From Acidobacteriaceae bacterium (GTDB taxonomy: Bacteria > Acidobacteriota > Terriglobia > Terriglobales > Acidobacteriaceae), in NCBI GenBank assembly GCA_049965615.1, contig JBMFWD010000013.1, forward strand, positions 2,337-66,336: 64,000 bases of DNA, in the 5' to 3' direction. A model generated the notes under the pieces. It was not told the DNA's origin. It saw nothing but the letters and a program-made list of their open reading frames with translations, and did no database searches. The translations under genes and the position numbers were made by a program. Of this stretch, positions 28,662 to 41,982 are shown in pieces. The first letter of the stretch is position 1. Each line of letters begins with the position of its first letter.

Positions 28662-29200
28662 TGAGTGCATTTGCCCTGCGCTATGCGCGAGCGTTCGCGG
28701 ATGTGATTGCCGAGGAGCATCTTCCTTATGAGGATGTGAAGGGGCAACTGCAGGACTTTACAGCCGCGTGGCATGCCGCTGCGGATTTGCGGGAAGTGTT
28801 TCTGGATCCTTCGTTTCCGCTGCCTGAGAAGATTAGGATTCTGGATCGTCTGAACGAGAAGATGAAGCTGTTGCCGCAGGTGAAGAACTTTATTGCGGTG
28901 CTGCTGAACCACAACCGTATGGACGCGTATGAGGAGATTCTGGACGAGTTCCGGAAAGAGATGAACAGCAGGCTGGATGTGGCGGAGGTCCAGGTGACTT
29001 CGGCGCGTCTGCTGGACGAAGAAGAGCGCCGTGCGCTGATCCTGAAAATAAGGGATATGGTGCAGGGCAAGGTGGAGGCGACCTTCCAGGAGGACAGTTC
29101 GCTGATTGGCGGCGTGATTGTGCGGGTAGGAAGCACGGTTTACGACGGGTCAGTACGTGGGCGGCTCGCAGTGCTGGAAGGGCAGCTGGCCGCGAAGTAG
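28661..29200 (+). CDS. atpH: ATP synthase delta subunit
   Basis: ALRYARAF, DSSLIGGVIVRVGSTVYDGSV. Confidence 0.93.
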   Translation: MSAFALRYARAFADVIAEEHLPYEDVKGQLQDFTAAWHAAADLREVFLDPSFPLPEKIRILDRLNEKMKLLPQVKNFIAVLLNHNRMDAYEEILDEFRKEMNSRLDVAEVQVTSARLLDEEERRALILKIRDMVQGKVEATFQEDSSLIGGVIVRVGSTVYDGSVRGRLAVLEGQLAAK

Positions 29201-29266
29201 AGCGGCAGATTTTGCATTTAAGCAACTCAAGCAACAAGTAAATTACCCGGCTGGGAACAGGTAAGC

Positions 29267-30841
29267 ATGGCGCAGATTAAGGCAGACGAGATTACGGCGC
29301 TCCTGAAGGAGCAAATTGCGAACTACGACGCGAAGATGCGCGTAGACGAAGTGGGAACGATCATTTCTCTGGGTGATGGGATTGCCCGGTTGCACGGGCT
29401 GGAGAAGTGCATGGCCGGCGAGATGCTGGAGTTTCCGCATGGGATAGCCGGCATGGCGATGAACCTGGAAGAAGACCAGGTGGGCGCGGTGCTGCTGGGC
29501 GACTGGACGGAACTGAGCGAAGGCGACGTGGTTAAGCGCACGGGCAAGATTTTGAGCGTGCCTGTGGGCGATGGCATGATTGGCCGCGTGGTGAACGCGC
29601 TGGGTGAGCCGATTGATGACAAGGGGCCGATTCACTCGAACGAGTTGTCTCCTGTGGAGCGGCTGGCTCCGGGCGTGATCGATCGGCAGCCGGTGCGCGA
29701 GCCGATGATGACGGGCCTGAAGGCGATTGACGCCATGATTCCGATTGGCCGCGGGCAGCGCGAGCTGATTATCGGCGACCGGCAGACGGGCAAGACGGCG
29801 ATTGCGCTGGATACGATCCTGAACAACAAGGGCAAGGATCTGATCTGCGTGTATTGCGCGATTGGGCAGAAGCGGTCATCGGTGGCGGGCGTGGTGCACA
29901 TGCTGGAAGCGCATGGCGCGATGGATTACACGATCATCGTTTCGGCGTCGGCGTCCGAGCCTGCTCCGATGCTGTACCTTGCGCCTTATGCGGCGACGGC
30001 GATGGCGGAGTACTTCCGCGACAACGGCAAGCATGCGCTGATTATCTACGACGATCTTTCGAAGCACGCGGTGGCGTATCGCGAGCTGTCGCTGCTGCTG
30101 CGTCGTCCTCCAGGGCGTGAGGCTTATCCGGGCGACGTGTTTTATCTCCACTCCCGGCTGCTGGAGCGGTCGTCGAAGCTGAGCAAGGAAAAAGGCGGCG
30201 GGTCGCTGACGGCGCTGCCGATTATCGAGACGCAGGCGGGTGACGTTTCGGCGTACATTCCGACGAATGTGATTTCGATTACGGACGGACAGATTTTCCT
30301 TGAGACGGATTTGTTCAACTCGGGCGTTCGTCCGGCGGTGAACGTAGGACTTTCGGTTTCGCGCGTGGGCTTTTCAGCTGCGATCAAGGCGATCAAGCAG
30401 GTGGGTTCGACGCTGAAGCTGGATTTGGCGCAGTATCGCGACCTGGCGGCGTTTGCGCAGTTTGGCAGCGACCTGGACAAGGCGACGCAGAACCAGTTGA
30501 ACCGCGGTCAGCGTTTGACGGAGTTGCTGAAGCAGCCGCAGTTCCAGCCGCTATCGGCGGAACAGCAGGTGGTGATTTTATTTGCGGGCACACAGGGTTT
30601 TCTGGATGACGTGAAGGTGTCCGCGATCAAGGACTTTGAGGCGGGACTCTATAAATATCTGGATGCTGCGCAGCAGAGCCTGCTGGCGGACATTGCGAGC
30701 AAGAAGGCGCTGGATGACGATCTTCGTTCGCGCATCAAGAGCGCTCTGAACGAATACAAGAAGATGTTCCTGGAAGAGCATGAGAACGCGGGAGTGCAGA
30801 AGCAAGCCGCGGGAGCAGAAACAGCGGAGACGGCGAAGTAG
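29267..30841 (+). CDS. atpA: ATP synthase alpha subunit
   Basis: [31 protein letters not shown]. Confidence 0.98.
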   Translation: MAQIKADEITALLKEQIANYDAKMRVDEVGTIISLGDGIARLHGLEKCMAGEMLEFPHGIAGMAMNLEEDQVGAVLLGDWTELSEGDVVKRTGKILSVPVGDGMIGRVVNALGEPIDDKGPIHSNELSPVERLAPGVIDRQPVREPMMTGLKAIDAMIPIGRGQRELIIGDRQTGKTAIALDTILNNKGKDLICVYCAIGQKRSSVAGVVHMLEAHGAMDYTIIVSASASEPAPMLYLAPYAATAMAEYFRDNGKHALIIYDDLSKHAVAYRELSLLLRRPPGREAYPGDVFYLHSRLLERSSKLSKEKGGGSLTALPIIETQAGDVSAYIPTNVISITDGQIFLETDLFNSGVRPAVNVGLSVSRVGFSAAIKAIKQVGSTLKLDLAQYRDLAAFAQFGSDLDKATQNQLNRGQRLTELLKQPQFQPLSAEQQVVILFAGTQGFLDDVKVSAIKDFEAGLYKYLDAAQQSLLADIASKKALDDDLRSRIKSALNEYKKMFLEEHENAGVQKQAAGAETAETAK

Positions 30842-30847
30842 GCAAGC

Positions 30848-33386
<2,539 letters not shown>

Positions 33387-33388
33387 CC

Positions 33389-33808
33389 ATGGCAAACCAG
33401 GGAAAGCTGCAAGTACGACTGGTAACACCGGAGAGGATTCTGCTGGATGAGGAGGTAACCTCGGTGGAGGTTCCCTCGAAGGCCGGATACATGGAGGTGT
33501 TGCCTGGTGCTGCTCCTTTGCTGGCGCGGATTGGCGCGGGGATGCTGCGCCTGCGCGGCGGCGAGAGCGGTGAAAAGAGCTTTGTGATTTCCCATGGTAT
33601 TGCCGAGGTGCTGCCGCAGCGAGTGACGATCCTGGCAAACAGGGTGGAGATGCCGGGCCAGGTGGACATTGCATTGGCGGAGGAACTGGAAGAACGCGGC
33701 AAAAAGCAATGGGAGCAGGCCGGCGACGACCCGGCTGCCTTCCGCGAGGCGAATGACCTGATTCTGGAAGGGCAGACGCTGAAGGAACTGGCCAACCTGC
33801 GGCATTGA
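33389..33808 (+). CDS. atpC: ATP synthase epsilon subunit
   Basis: LVTPERI, GYMEVLPGAAPL; last gene of the operon. Confidence 0.92.
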   Translation: MANQGKLQVRLVTPERILLDEEVTSVEVPSKAGYMEVLPGAAPLLARIGAGMLRLRGGESGEKSFVISHGIAEVLPQRVTILANRVEMPGQVDIALAEELEERGKKQWEQAGDDPAAFREANDLILEGQTLKELANLRH

Positions 33809-33834
33809 TGGTTTTCGGTGATGTCAAAAACCGG

Positions 33835-33870
33835 GAGGCGAAGGGCGAAAAGCGCTTCGCCTCATTGTTT
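33835..33870 (+). terminator. Intrinsic terminator of the atp operon
   Basis: GAGGCGAAG/CTTCGCCTC 9-bp stem followed by ATTGTTTT. Confidence 0.65.
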
Positions 33871-34022
33871 TGCGGTGGAGGCGGACCGGTAAAAGTGATG
33901 AGAAAGATGCCAGTGATTGAAGTTATACGATCTAACTTGAGGATTTTTGTGTATCGTAATCCACGATGATAAATTCACTTTCTCAGGTGTAATCAGTTGA
34001 GACGTTGTAGCGGTCCCATGCA

Positions 34023-34769
34023 ATGGAATTAAAACTGGAAGCGGCCGGATACACCGATACAGGCGCGCTCCGCATGAATAACGAAGATGCCTTCCTGTGC
34101 TGCCGGGAGCAGGGCGTTTTTGTGGTTTGTGACGGGATGGGTGGCGCGGCCGGCGGGGAAGTTGCGAGCCGGATGGCGGCCGAGTGCGTGTCCGAGGCGC
34201 TGTGCGGGAGGAGCGAGGCGGACAAGCCGAGCGAGGATGCGTTGGAGTCGGCTCTGATTGAGGCGATTGCGGATGCGAATCGCAGGATTTATGAGCGGGC
34301 GCAGCGTGAAGTCGAAGTGGCAGGGATGGGCACGACGATTGTGACGGCGCATGTTTCGCCGGGGATTGCGCATGTGGCGCACGTGGGCGACAGCCGCTGC
34401 TATTTGTGGCGTGAAGGGCAGATGGAACTGCTGACGCAGGACCACTCGCTGGTGGGTGAGCAGGTTCGATTGGGCCGGCTGAGCCCGGAAGAGGCAGAAA
34501 ATTCTCCTTACCGCAATGTGATTACGCGGGCGCTGGGCACGCAGTTGACGGTGATGACGGAATACCAGCGGATCCGGGTACAGAGCGGGGATGTGCTGCT
34601 GTTGTGTTCTGACGGGTTGACGCGGGAGTTGACCGACGGGGAGATAGCCGGGGTTCTTTCGCGGGCGGCGGGTGGCGAAAAGCTGGATGCCGTGTGCGAG
34701 GTTCTGGTGCAGCGCGCGAACGCAGCGGGTGGGCATGACAATATTACGTGCGTGCTGGTTCGGATTTAG
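34023..34769 (+). CDS. PP2C-family Ser/Thr phosphatase (Stp1/PrpC-like)
   Basis: RMNNEDA, VCDGMGGAAGG, HVGDSRCY, LCSDGL, GGHDNIT. Confidence 0.93.
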   Translation: MELKLEAAGYTDTGALRMNNEDAFLCCREQGVFVVCDGMGGAAGGEVASRMAAECVSEALCGRSEADKPSEDALESALIEAIADANRRIYERAQREVEVAGMGTTIVTAHVSPGIAHVAHVGDSRCYLWREGQMELLTQDHSLVGEQVRLGRLSPEEAENSPYRNVITRALGTQLTVMTEYQRIRVQSGDVLLLCSDGLTRELTDGEIAGVLSRAAGGEKLDAVCEVLVQRANAAGGHDNITCVLVRI

Positions 34770-34960
34770 CCGGTCCGGGATATCTTGCGGGTAACTGGTA
34801 GCAAGCCTGGCTGCATTGTTGGGCACGGATGTTGTGGCGAGGCTAAAAAAAACTGTGAACTTTGATGAAGCGGATGCGCGTCGCAGGACAACTGCGATGG
34901 CGAGATGCTAAGCTGTCAGGTTTTCGCTACGAGGCGAAGCGAGATCGACCGGAGGGCTGC

Positions 34961-36160
34961 ATGAGCGCTACGACCCAGATACAGGAATCCGCTGTTTCCA
35001 CCTATCCATTTGTCTTGACCGATGAACAGGAGCAGTTGCGTAAGGAGATCCGCGAATTTGCCGCGCGTGAGATTGCTCCGCATGTTTCGGAGTGGGATGA
35101 GACGAGCACGTATCCGCTGGCGGTGGTGAAAGAGATGGGGCGGATGGGGTTGATGGGGATTATTTTCCCGACCGAGTATGGCGGGGCCGGCATGGGTTAC
35201 GTGGATTACATGCTGGCGGTGGAGGAACTATCGGCAGTGGACGGTTCGGTGGGAATTATTGTGGCTTCGCACAACTCGCTGTGCTCGAACCATATTTTTC
35301 TTGCCGGAACCGAGGAGCAGCGGCGGAAGTATATTCCGAAGCTGGCGACGGGGGAGTGGATTGGGGCCTGGGGGTTGACGGAGCCGGGATCGGGTTCGGA
35401 CGCGGCGGGGGCGCGGACTTCCGCGGTGAAGAGGGGTGACAAGTGGGTGCTGAACGGCTCGAAGATTTTTATTACAAATGGTTCGTATGCCGATGTGGCC
35501 GTGGTGATTGCGGTGACGGACAAGGACAAGGGGACGCATGGGCTTTCTGCGTTTGTAGTGGAGAAGGGTACGAAGGGATTTCGCTCGGGCAAGAAGGAGA
35601 ACAAGCTGGGGCTGCGGGCGAGCGATACGGCGGAGCTGATTTTTGAGGACTGCGAGATTCCGGAGGAGAACCTGCTGGGGAAGCTGGGTGAGGGATTTGT
35701 GGACTCGATGCGGATTCTGGATGGCGGGCGGATATCGATTGCGGCGCTGTCACTGGGGATTGCGCGGGGGGCGCTGGATGCTTCGCTGAAGTATGTGAAG
35801 GAGCGGCGGCAGTTTGGAAAAGCGATTGCGGAGTTCCAGGGCATCCAGTGGAAGCTGGCCGACATGGCGACGGAACTGGATGCGGCGCGGCTTTTGACGC
35901 TGAGAGCAGCGGTACTGAAGGACGCGGGGTATCGGGTGACGAAGGAGTCTGCGATGGCGAAGCTGTACGCGAGCGAGGTTGCTGTGAGGATCTGCAACGA
36001 GGCGGTGCAGCTGCACGGCGGGTATGGATTTATCAAGGACTATCCGGCGGAGAAGTTTTATCGCGACGTGAAGCTGTGCACGATTGGCGAGGGCACGAGC
36101 GAAATTCAGCGGATGGTGATTGGGCGGGAGATTCTGAAGGTGCATCCGTCGCGGGGATAG
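34961..36160 (+). CDS. Acyl-CoA dehydrogenase (short/branched-chain type)
   Basis: [46 protein letters not shown]; start set at MSATTQ. Confidence 0.93.
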   Translation: MSATTQIQESAVSTYPFVLTDEQEQLRKEIREFAAREIAPHVSEWDETSTYPLAVVKEMGRMGLMGIIFPTEYGGAGMGYVDYMLAVEELSAVDGSVGIIVASHNSLCSNHIFLAGTEEQRRKYIPKLATGEWIGAWGLTEPGSGSDAAGARTSAVKRGDKWVLNGSKIFITNGSYADVAVVIAVTDKDKGTHGLSAFVVEKGTKGFRSGKKENKLGLRASDTAELIFEDCEIPEENLLGKLGEGFVDSMRILDGGRISIAALSLGIARGALDASLKYVKERRQFGKAIAEFQGIQWKLADMATELDAARLLTLRAAVLKDAGYRVTKESAMAKLYASEVAVRICNEAVQLHGGYGFIKDYPAEKFYRDVKLCTIGEGTSEIQRMVIGREILKVHPSRG

Positions 36161-36218
36161 GCGCACGTAGACAAAGCGCAGCGTGAACGGGCCGGGTGAC
36201 TCGGGCTAGGATGAAGGT

Positions 36219-37283
36219 ATGAAGATGCATGAGTATGTCACGCTGGGACGGTCCGGGTTGCGGGTGAGTCCGCTGTGCCTGGGTACGATGACGTTTGGGA
36301 ACAGCCGCTGGGGCTCGGAGGATGAGGAGTCGCGGGCGATTTTTGACGCTTATGTGGAAGCCGGCGGAAATTTTCTGGATACGGCGGATGGGTATGCGCT
36401 GGGCGAGAGCGAGAAGCTGCTGGGACGGTTTGTGGCCGAGACGAAGCTGCGCGACCGGCTGGTGATTGCGACGAAGTTTACGTTCAACGCGGAGGAGGGA
36501 AATCCGAACGCGGGCGGCAACGGGCGGAAGAATATTCACCGGGCGCTGGAGGGTTCGCTGCAGCGGCTGGGAATGGATTACGTGGACCTGTACTGGATGC
36601 ATGCGTGGGACACGGTGACTCCGGTGGAGGAAGTGATTGGGTCGCTGAACGATCTGGTTCGCGCGGGGAAGATTCGGTATTACGCATTCTCGGATGTTCC
36701 GGCATGGTATGCGGCGCGGGCGGTGACTCTGGCGGAGTGCCATGGGATGGCGAAGCCGATTGCGCTGCAACTGGAGTATTCGCTGGTGGAGCGGACGATT
36801 GAGCGGGAGCATGTGCCTGCGGCGCAGGAACTGGGGTTAGGGATTTGCCCGTGGAGTCCGCTGGCGAGCGGGCTGCTGACGGGGAAGTATCGGCGGGACA
36901 AGAGCACGGAAGAGGGCAAGAGCCGTCTGGATGTGTTGAAGAATGCTCCGAACCCTGTGTTTGGCAAGTTCACGGATCGCAACTGGAAGATAGTGGACGC
37001 AGTGGCTGCGGCGGCGAAGGTGACAGGCTGCTCGATGGCGCAAATTGCTCTGCACTGGGTGGCGACGCAGCCGGGCGTGACTTCCACGCTGATTGGCGCG
37101 ACGCGTAAGAAGCAGCTGGAGGATAATCTGGCTGCGCTGGAGGTGCCGATTCCCCCTTCGGTGCGAGAACAACTGGACAAGGTGAGCGCGCTGGAGCCGG
37201 CGCATCCGTATATGTTTTTTGATGAGTTTTTGCAGAATCGCGTGAACGGCGACGTGACTGTGCGGAAGTGGCGCGGATTCTGA
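36219..37283 (+). CDS. Aldo/keto reductase
   Basis: LCLGTMTFG, DTADGY, IATK, DLYWMH, WSPLASG. Confidence 0.93.
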   Translation: MKMHEYVTLGRSGLRVSPLCLGTMTFGNSRWGSEDEESRAIFDAYVEAGGNFLDTADGYALGESEKLLGRFVAETKLRDRLVIATKFTFNAEEGNPNAGGNGRKNIHRALEGSLQRLGMDYVDLYWMHAWDTVTPVEEVIGSLNDLVRAGKIRYYAFSDVPAWYAARAVTLAECHGMAKPIALQLEYSLVERTIEREHVPAAQELGLGICPWSPLASGLLTGKYRRDKSTEEGKSRLDVLKNAPNPVFGKFTDRNWKIVDAVAAAAKVTGCSMAQIALHWVATQPGVTSTLIGATRKKQLEDNLAALEVPIPPSVREQLDKVSALEPAHPYMFFDEFLQNRVNGDVTVRKWRGF

Positions 37284-37312
37284 GCTTGAGATGCTTGCCA
37301 CGATTGGCGGAT

Positions 37313-37373
37313 GAAACCGCAGGTCCCTCCGCTGCGTTCGCTCGCCAGGCGAGCGAACTTCGGTCGGGATGAC
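37313..37373 (+). repeat. REP-like family A copy
   Basis: GAAACCGCAGGTCCCTCCGCTGCG-TTCGCTCGC-CAG-GCGAGCGAA-CTTCGGTCGGGATGAC; inner arms identical to the 1043 copy. Confidence 0.8.
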
Positions 37374-37433
37374 TATATTTCGTGGGCTGACGATATCTTT
37401 TTTTAGTGGATTTGTGAAACAGGGCACTGAGGA

Positions 37434-38438
37434 ATGACTGGATTGCGGACGGAGATTTCAGCCGAGGCTCTTGCGGCGCTGCTGGAGCGGGTTCGCGCGG
37501 GAGATGCGCGTGCGCTGGCGCGTGCGATTTCCGTGGTGGAGGATGATGCACCGGGCGCGGCGGAGGTGTTGTCGGCATGCTTTCCGTATACGGGAGATTC
37601 GCTGCGGATCGGGGTGACGGGATCGCCGGGCGCGGGCAAGAGCACACTGGTGGACAGGCTGGCGCGTAAGTATCGTGAGCGCGAAGAGACGGTGGGCGTG
37701 CTGGCGGTTGATCCGACGAGCCCGTTTACCGGCGGGGCGATTCTGGGCGACCGGATACGGATGGCGGAGCGGTTGAGCGATCCGGGTGTGTATGTGCGGA
37801 GCATGGCGACGCGGGGCGCGCTGGGCGGACTGGCGCAGACGACGGCCGACGCGGTGACGGTGCTGGAGGCGAGCGGCAAGCAGAAGGTGCTGATTGAGAC
37901 CGTGGGGGTTGGGCAGGATGAGGTTGATATTGTCCGGCTGGCCGATGTAACGGTGGTGGTTCTGGTGCCGGGCATGGGGGATGACGTGCAGAGCATCAAG
38001 GCCGGGATTATGGAGATTGCGGATATTTTTGTGATCAACAAGGCGGACCGCGAGGGCGCCGACCGGGTGGAGAAGGAAGTGCGCGCGATGCAGTCGCTGG
38101 CGAGCCAGCATGCGGGCGACGACGAGTGGGTTCCTCCGATGGTGAAGACGGTGGCGACGGGCGGGCAGGGGATTGAGGAATTGATGGCGACGATTGACCG
38201 GATGCAGGCGTGGCTGCGAGAGGGCGACCGGCTGGCGGCGAGGCGGCGACGGTACTGGCGCGAGCGGATTGTGGAGATGATGCGGGCGGCGCTGCTGCGG
38301 GAGGTGCGGCAGCATGGGTTTTCGCCGAGCGAGATTGAGGAGTATGCGGCGCTGGTGGTGGAGCGGAGGGAAGACCCTTATCGGCTGGTTCCGCGATTGA
38401 TCGCGGAGCGATTTGCGGTGATGGAAGAGAGGCGCTGA
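37434..38438 (+). CDS. meaB: Methylmalonyl-CoA mutase-associated GTPase
   Basis: GSPGAGKST, DPTSPFTGGAILGDRIRM, ETVGVGQDE, QSIKAGIMEIAD, NKAD. Confidence 0.93.
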   Translation: MTGLRTEISAEALAALLERVRAGDARALARAISVVEDDAPGAAEVLSACFPYTGDSLRIGVTGSPGAGKSTLVDRLARKYREREETVGVLAVDPTSPFTGGAILGDRIRMAERLSDPGVYVRSMATRGALGGLAQTTADAVTVLEASGKQKVLIETVGVGQDEVDIVRLADVTVVVLVPGMGDDVQSIKAGIMEIADIFVINKADREGADRVEKEVRAMQSLASQHAGDDEWVPPMVKTVATGGQGIEELMATIDRMQAWLREGDRLAARRRRYWRERIVEMMRAALLREVRQHGFSPSEIEEYAALVVERREDPYRLVPRLIAERFAVMEERR

Positions 38439-38867
38439 ATGACCGACGGGCTGACGGGCGCGAAGATTGACCACCTGGGGATTGCGGTGAAGAGCATTGC
38501 GGAGGCGCGCGGATTTTATGAGGCGCTGGGGCTGGTCGTGACGCAGGAAGAGACGGTGGAGCATGAGCGGGTGAAGACGGCGATGCTTCCGGTGGGCGAG
38601 AGCCGGGTGGAGCTGCTGGAGCCGACGGAAGCGGATTCTCCGGTGGGGAAGTTTCTGGTGAAGCGCGGCGAGGGATTGCACCATGTGGCGCTGCAGGTGG
38701 AGGACATTCATGCGGCGATGGAGCGGCTGAAGGCCCGGGGGGCGCGGTTGATCTCTGATGAAGTGAAGGTTGGCGCCGGAGGGCATTTGTATTTCTTTGT
38801 GCATCCGGCGAGCGCGGGCGGTGTGCTGGTGGAGATTGTGCAGCCGGTTGGGGAGAACGGGCATTGA
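38439..38867 (+). CDS. mce: Methylmalonyl-CoA epimerase (VOC fold)
   Basis: IDHLGIAV, VELLEP, GEGLHHVAL, FVHPASAGGVLVEIVQ. Confidence 0.92.
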   Translation: MTDGLTGAKIDHLGIAVKSIAEARGFYEALGLVVTQEETVEHERVKTAMLPVGESRVELLEPTEADSPVGKFLVKRGEGLHHVALQVEDIHAAMERLKARGARLISDEVKVGAGGHLYFFVHPASAGGVLVEIVQPVGENGH

Positions 38868-39514
38868 TGCGGGTGCTGGGAATGGATACCTGCGGAGCGG
38901 AGGGCAGCCTTGCGCTGGCAGAAGTGACCGGGCAGGGTGTAAGCGTGATAGGGGGGCGGCGGCTGGCCGGGAGGACGTATTCGGAGGAGCTTTTGCCGGC
39001 GGTTCGGGAGGTGCTGGAGACGGGCGGGCTGGCGGTTCGGGATCTGGACGCGCTGGTGGTGGTGGTGGGTCCGGGGAGCTTTACGGGAGTGCGCGTGGGG
39101 TCGAGCACGGCCAAGGGGCTGGCCCAGGCGGCGGGCGTGGCGGTGATTGGCGTTTCTCGACTGCAGGTGCTGGCGCAGAAGGCTGGAGCGCGCGGTGCGG
39201 CGCTGGATGCCGGGCGTGGCGAGATGTATTTTGGCGTGGCAGGGGATGAAGCGGGCGAGGTGCTGATGGGGTTGGAGGAGATTCGCGGGCGGATGGGTGT
39301 GGGCGAGATTGCCTGCTGCGAGTCGAAGACAGCGCAGGCGCTGGAGGGTGCGCGGATGGTGGATGCACCGACGGCGGAGGATGCGCTGCGGTATGCGCAG
39401 GGGCGGATTCTGCGGCGGGAGTTTGACGACCTGGCGGGGCTGGACGCGCATTACCTGCGACGGTCGGAGGCGGAAGTGGTGGCGGAGCGGCGGGCGGCTG
39501 CGACAGAGCGATGA
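38867..39514 (+). CDS. tsaB: t6A biosynthesis protein TsaB
   Basis: LGMDT, GPGSFTGVRVG..AKGLA, DAGRGEMY. Confidence 0.92.
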   Translation: MRVLGMDTCGAEGSLALAEVTGQGVSVIGGRRLAGRTYSEELLPAVREVLETGGLAVRDLDALVVVVGPGSFTGVRVGSSTAKGLAQAAGVAVIGVSRLQVLAQKAGARGAALDAGRGEMYFGVAGDEAGEVLMGLEEIRGRMGVGEIACCESKTAQALEGARMVDAPTAEDALRYAQGRILRREFDDLAGLDAHYLRRSEAEVVAERRAAATER

Positions 39515-40023
39515 TTGCGCTGCGGGAGATGATCGCTGGTGACCTGGAGTGGGTGCTGGCGCTGGATGGCGAGACGGAGTTTGCTCCGCACTGGACAGAG
39601 GAGATTTACAGGGGATATTTACCGGTTGAGGAGACGGGTGTCCTGCGCCGTTTTGCGCTGGTAGCGGAGGTGGACGGCAGGCCGGTGGGCATGGCACTGG
39701 GGCGGCTGCTGCTGGATGGTGTGGAAAACCTGTGTGAACTGGAATGGATTGCCGTGGAGCGCACGCGGCGGCGGCAGGGCGTGGGGCGGTTGCTGATGGA
39801 TGGGGTCGAGGCGTGGTGCCGGGAGCATGGCGGGCTTGGGCTGGGGCTGGAGGTTAGAGCCGGAAATGTAACGGCGCAAATGCTTTACCGGCGGGTCGGA
39901 TGGAGGGAAACGGGGCGGCGGAAGGAGTATTACCGCGAGCCGGTGGAGGATGCTGTGGTGATGGAGCGGCCGCTGGCGGGTGCGCCGGGTGGGGGTGGAA
40001 AAGCGGATGGCGAAATCGGTTGA
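39511..40023 (+). CDS. rimI: RimI-like GNAT acetyltransferase
   Basis: IAVERTRRRQGVG, LEVRAGNVTAQMLY..GW...GRRKEYY; follows tsaB. Confidence 0.8.
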   Translation: MIALREMIAGDLEWVLALDGETEFAPHWTEEIYRGYLPVEETGVLRRFALVAEVDGRPVGMALGRLLLDGVENLCELEWIAVERTRRRQGVGRLLMDGVEAWCREHGGLGLGLEVRAGNVTAQMLYRRVGWRETGRRKEYYREPVEDAVVMERPLAGAPGGGGKADGEIG

Positions 40024-40089
40024 AGATGGGACTTGCCAGTGGTACTGTGGAGCGTCTAAAAGGTAGATCAAGCACAGGAGGTGTCATCT

Positions 40090-40308
40090 ATGGCCACGGA
40101 CGTAGATGTAAAGCCGGACGGAGAAGTGATTCGCCGTCTGGAAGAGCAACATCACCACTATGAAGAACAGCTTCAAACCCTGATGCAGAAGCCTTACCTC
40201 TCGGCCGAGGAACAACTGGAAGAAGTCCGGCTGAAAAAAATCAAACTCCGATTAAAAGATCAGATCGCCGCGATGAGTTCGTCCGCGGCGAATTTGCATT
40301 TTGCCTGA
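40090..40308 (+). CDS. YdcH/DUF465 family small coiled-coil protein
   Basis: EQHHHYEEQL..LKKIKLRLKDQI; AGGAGG RBS. Confidence 0.8.
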   Translation: MATDVDVKPDGEVIRRLEEQHHHYEEQLQTLMQKPYLSAEEQLEEVRLKKIKLRLKDQIAAMSSSAANLHFA

Positions 40309-40438
40309 AGCTCGAACGGGCCAGGGCGAATTGAGAAACGCGACCCGCGTTACCGGAGTTCCCTGTCTCTGCGCGATTTGAGACGCGTGGAGGCAGGGCC
40401 GCAAACCTGATGGACTTATAATCAAGGCTGTCAACGAT

Positions 40439-41089
40439 ATGGTTCGAGACGGCTATTATTACGGGTTTGCATTGTTCGCGGTGGCAGCGGTGGTGTATCT
40501 GCTGACCGGCGGATGGGCGTGGGCAGCGATTCCGCTGCTTTTTGCGGCGTTTTTTCTGTGGTTCTTCCGTGATCCGCACCGGGAGATTCCGCAAGGCGAG
40601 GGACTGGTGGTTTCTCCCGCGGATGGAAAGCTGACGGAGATTGCGAAGGTGCAGACGCCGGATGGCGAGCGACTGCGTTTGAGCATTTTTTTGAGCGTGT
40701 TTAACGTACACGTGAACCGCGCGCCGGTGGCGGGGACGATTCGCAGCGTGAAGTACCAGCATGGGCTGTATCTGAATGCGATGAATCCGGATTCCGCGGC
40801 GAAGAATGAGCAGAATGCGGTGGTGATTGGCGCGGATGACGGTGGAGAAATCTCGTTCAAGCAGATTGCCGGATTGCTGGCGCGGCGCATCGTATTCCAG
40901 AAGCGTGCAGGCGACCGCGTGGAACGGGGCGAGCGCGTGGGATTGATCAAATTTGGTTCGCGTACCGATTTGCTGCTGCCGGGGAATTATGAAGTGCTGG
41001 TGCAGAACGGGCAGACGGTGAAGGGCGGCTCGACGGTACTGGCGCGGCGGCCGGGGTCTGCGAACCAGCAAACGGAGAATGCAGGTTGA
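40439..41089 (+). CDS. psd: Phosphatidylserine decarboxylase proenzyme
   Basis: [30 protein letters not shown] (GS autocleavage); TATAAT at 40417-40422. Confidence 0.93.
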   Translation: MVRDGYYYGFALFAVAAVVYLLTGGWAWAAIPLLFAAFFLWFFRDPHREIPQGEGLVVSPADGKLTEIAKVQTPDGERLRLSIFLSVFNVHVNRAPVAGTIRSVKYQHGLYLNAMNPDSAAKNEQNAVVIGADDGGEISFKQIAGLLARRIVFQKRAGDRVERGERVGLIKFGSRTDLLLPGNYEVLVQNGQTVKGGSTVLARRPGSANQQTENAG

Positions 41090-41982
41090 ACGGTTTGGCG
41101 CGTTTGTCCAGTCTGAGGACCGGCGAGCGCGGCGGGGCGGCGGGTGAGCGGGACCGCAAGCGCCGGCGCGGGATGTATCTTCTGCCTTCGATGTTCACGG
41201 CGCTGAACATTGGCGCTGGATACTTCGCGATCATGCAGAGCCTGCAGGGCTCGACGCTGTACCCGGAGCATTTTGATTATGCGGCGCTGGCAATAGCGTT
41301 CGCGATTCCGTTTGATGCGTTGGACGGGCGCATTGCGCGGATGACGAACACGACGAGCGACTTTGGGCGGGAGCTGGATTCGCTGGCGGATGTGATTACG
41401 TTTGGCGTGGCGCCGAGTGTGCTGGCGTTTACGTGGGGCTTTCGGATGCTGCCGCCGACGATGGATCCGGCGCTGCACCAGAAGATTCTGCAGTTTGGCG
41501 CGTTTTTGTGTTTTTTGTTTCTGCTGTGCGGGGCGAGCCGGCTGGCGCGGTTTAATATCAGCCACGATCCGGTGCCGAAGAATCCGGGTCGGCCGGGACG
41601 CAAGTATTTTGTCGGCATGCCCATACCTGCCGCGGCTGGCGTGATTGCCGCAGTGGTGCATTTTTTCGGGGGGATACCGGTGTCGATGGCGCCGGTTGCG
41701 ATTGTGTGGATGCTGCTGGTGGGATTTCTGGGTTTTCTGATGGTGAGCACCTGGAGATTCTGGAGCGGAAAAGAATTAAACTTTACGAACCGGCAGCCGT
41801 TTCAGTGGATCGTGCTGTTCGGTCTGGTGCTTTACGCGCTAGTGGCGTTTTCTGACTACGTCCTGGCAGCTATGGCGCTGGTTTACATGTTCTCGGGAGT
41901 TCTTGCGCGGCTTGCCTACTCGTGGCAGCGGCATCGCAAGGCTGCCCATACCCCTGACGTTTCTGGTACGACGACTCATTGA
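41086..41982 (+). CDS. pssA: CDP-diacylglycerol--serine O-phosphatidyltransferase
   Basis: [29 protein letters not shown]-alcohol motif; coupled to psd. Confidence 0.9.
   Translation: MNGLARLSSLRTGERGGAAGERDRKRRRGMYLLPSMFTALNIGAGYFAIMQSLQGSTLYPEHFDYAALAIAFAIPFDALDGRIARMTNTTSDFGRELDSLADVITFGVAPSVLAFTWGFRMLPPTMDPALHQKILQFGAFLCFLFLLCGASRLARFNISHDPVPKNPGRPGRKYFVGMPIPAAAGVIAAVVHFFGGIPVSMAPVAIVWMLLVGFLGFLMVSTWRFWSGKELNFTNRQPFQWIVLFGLVLYALVAFSDYVLAAMALVYMFSGVLARLAYSWQRHRKAAHTPDVSGTTTH

Noticed and set aside
34845-34852. A8 tract (and T8 at 12227-12234) as phase-variation sites
   Set aside because: The tracts are short and intergenic or stop-adjacent, and the flanking ORFs are intact
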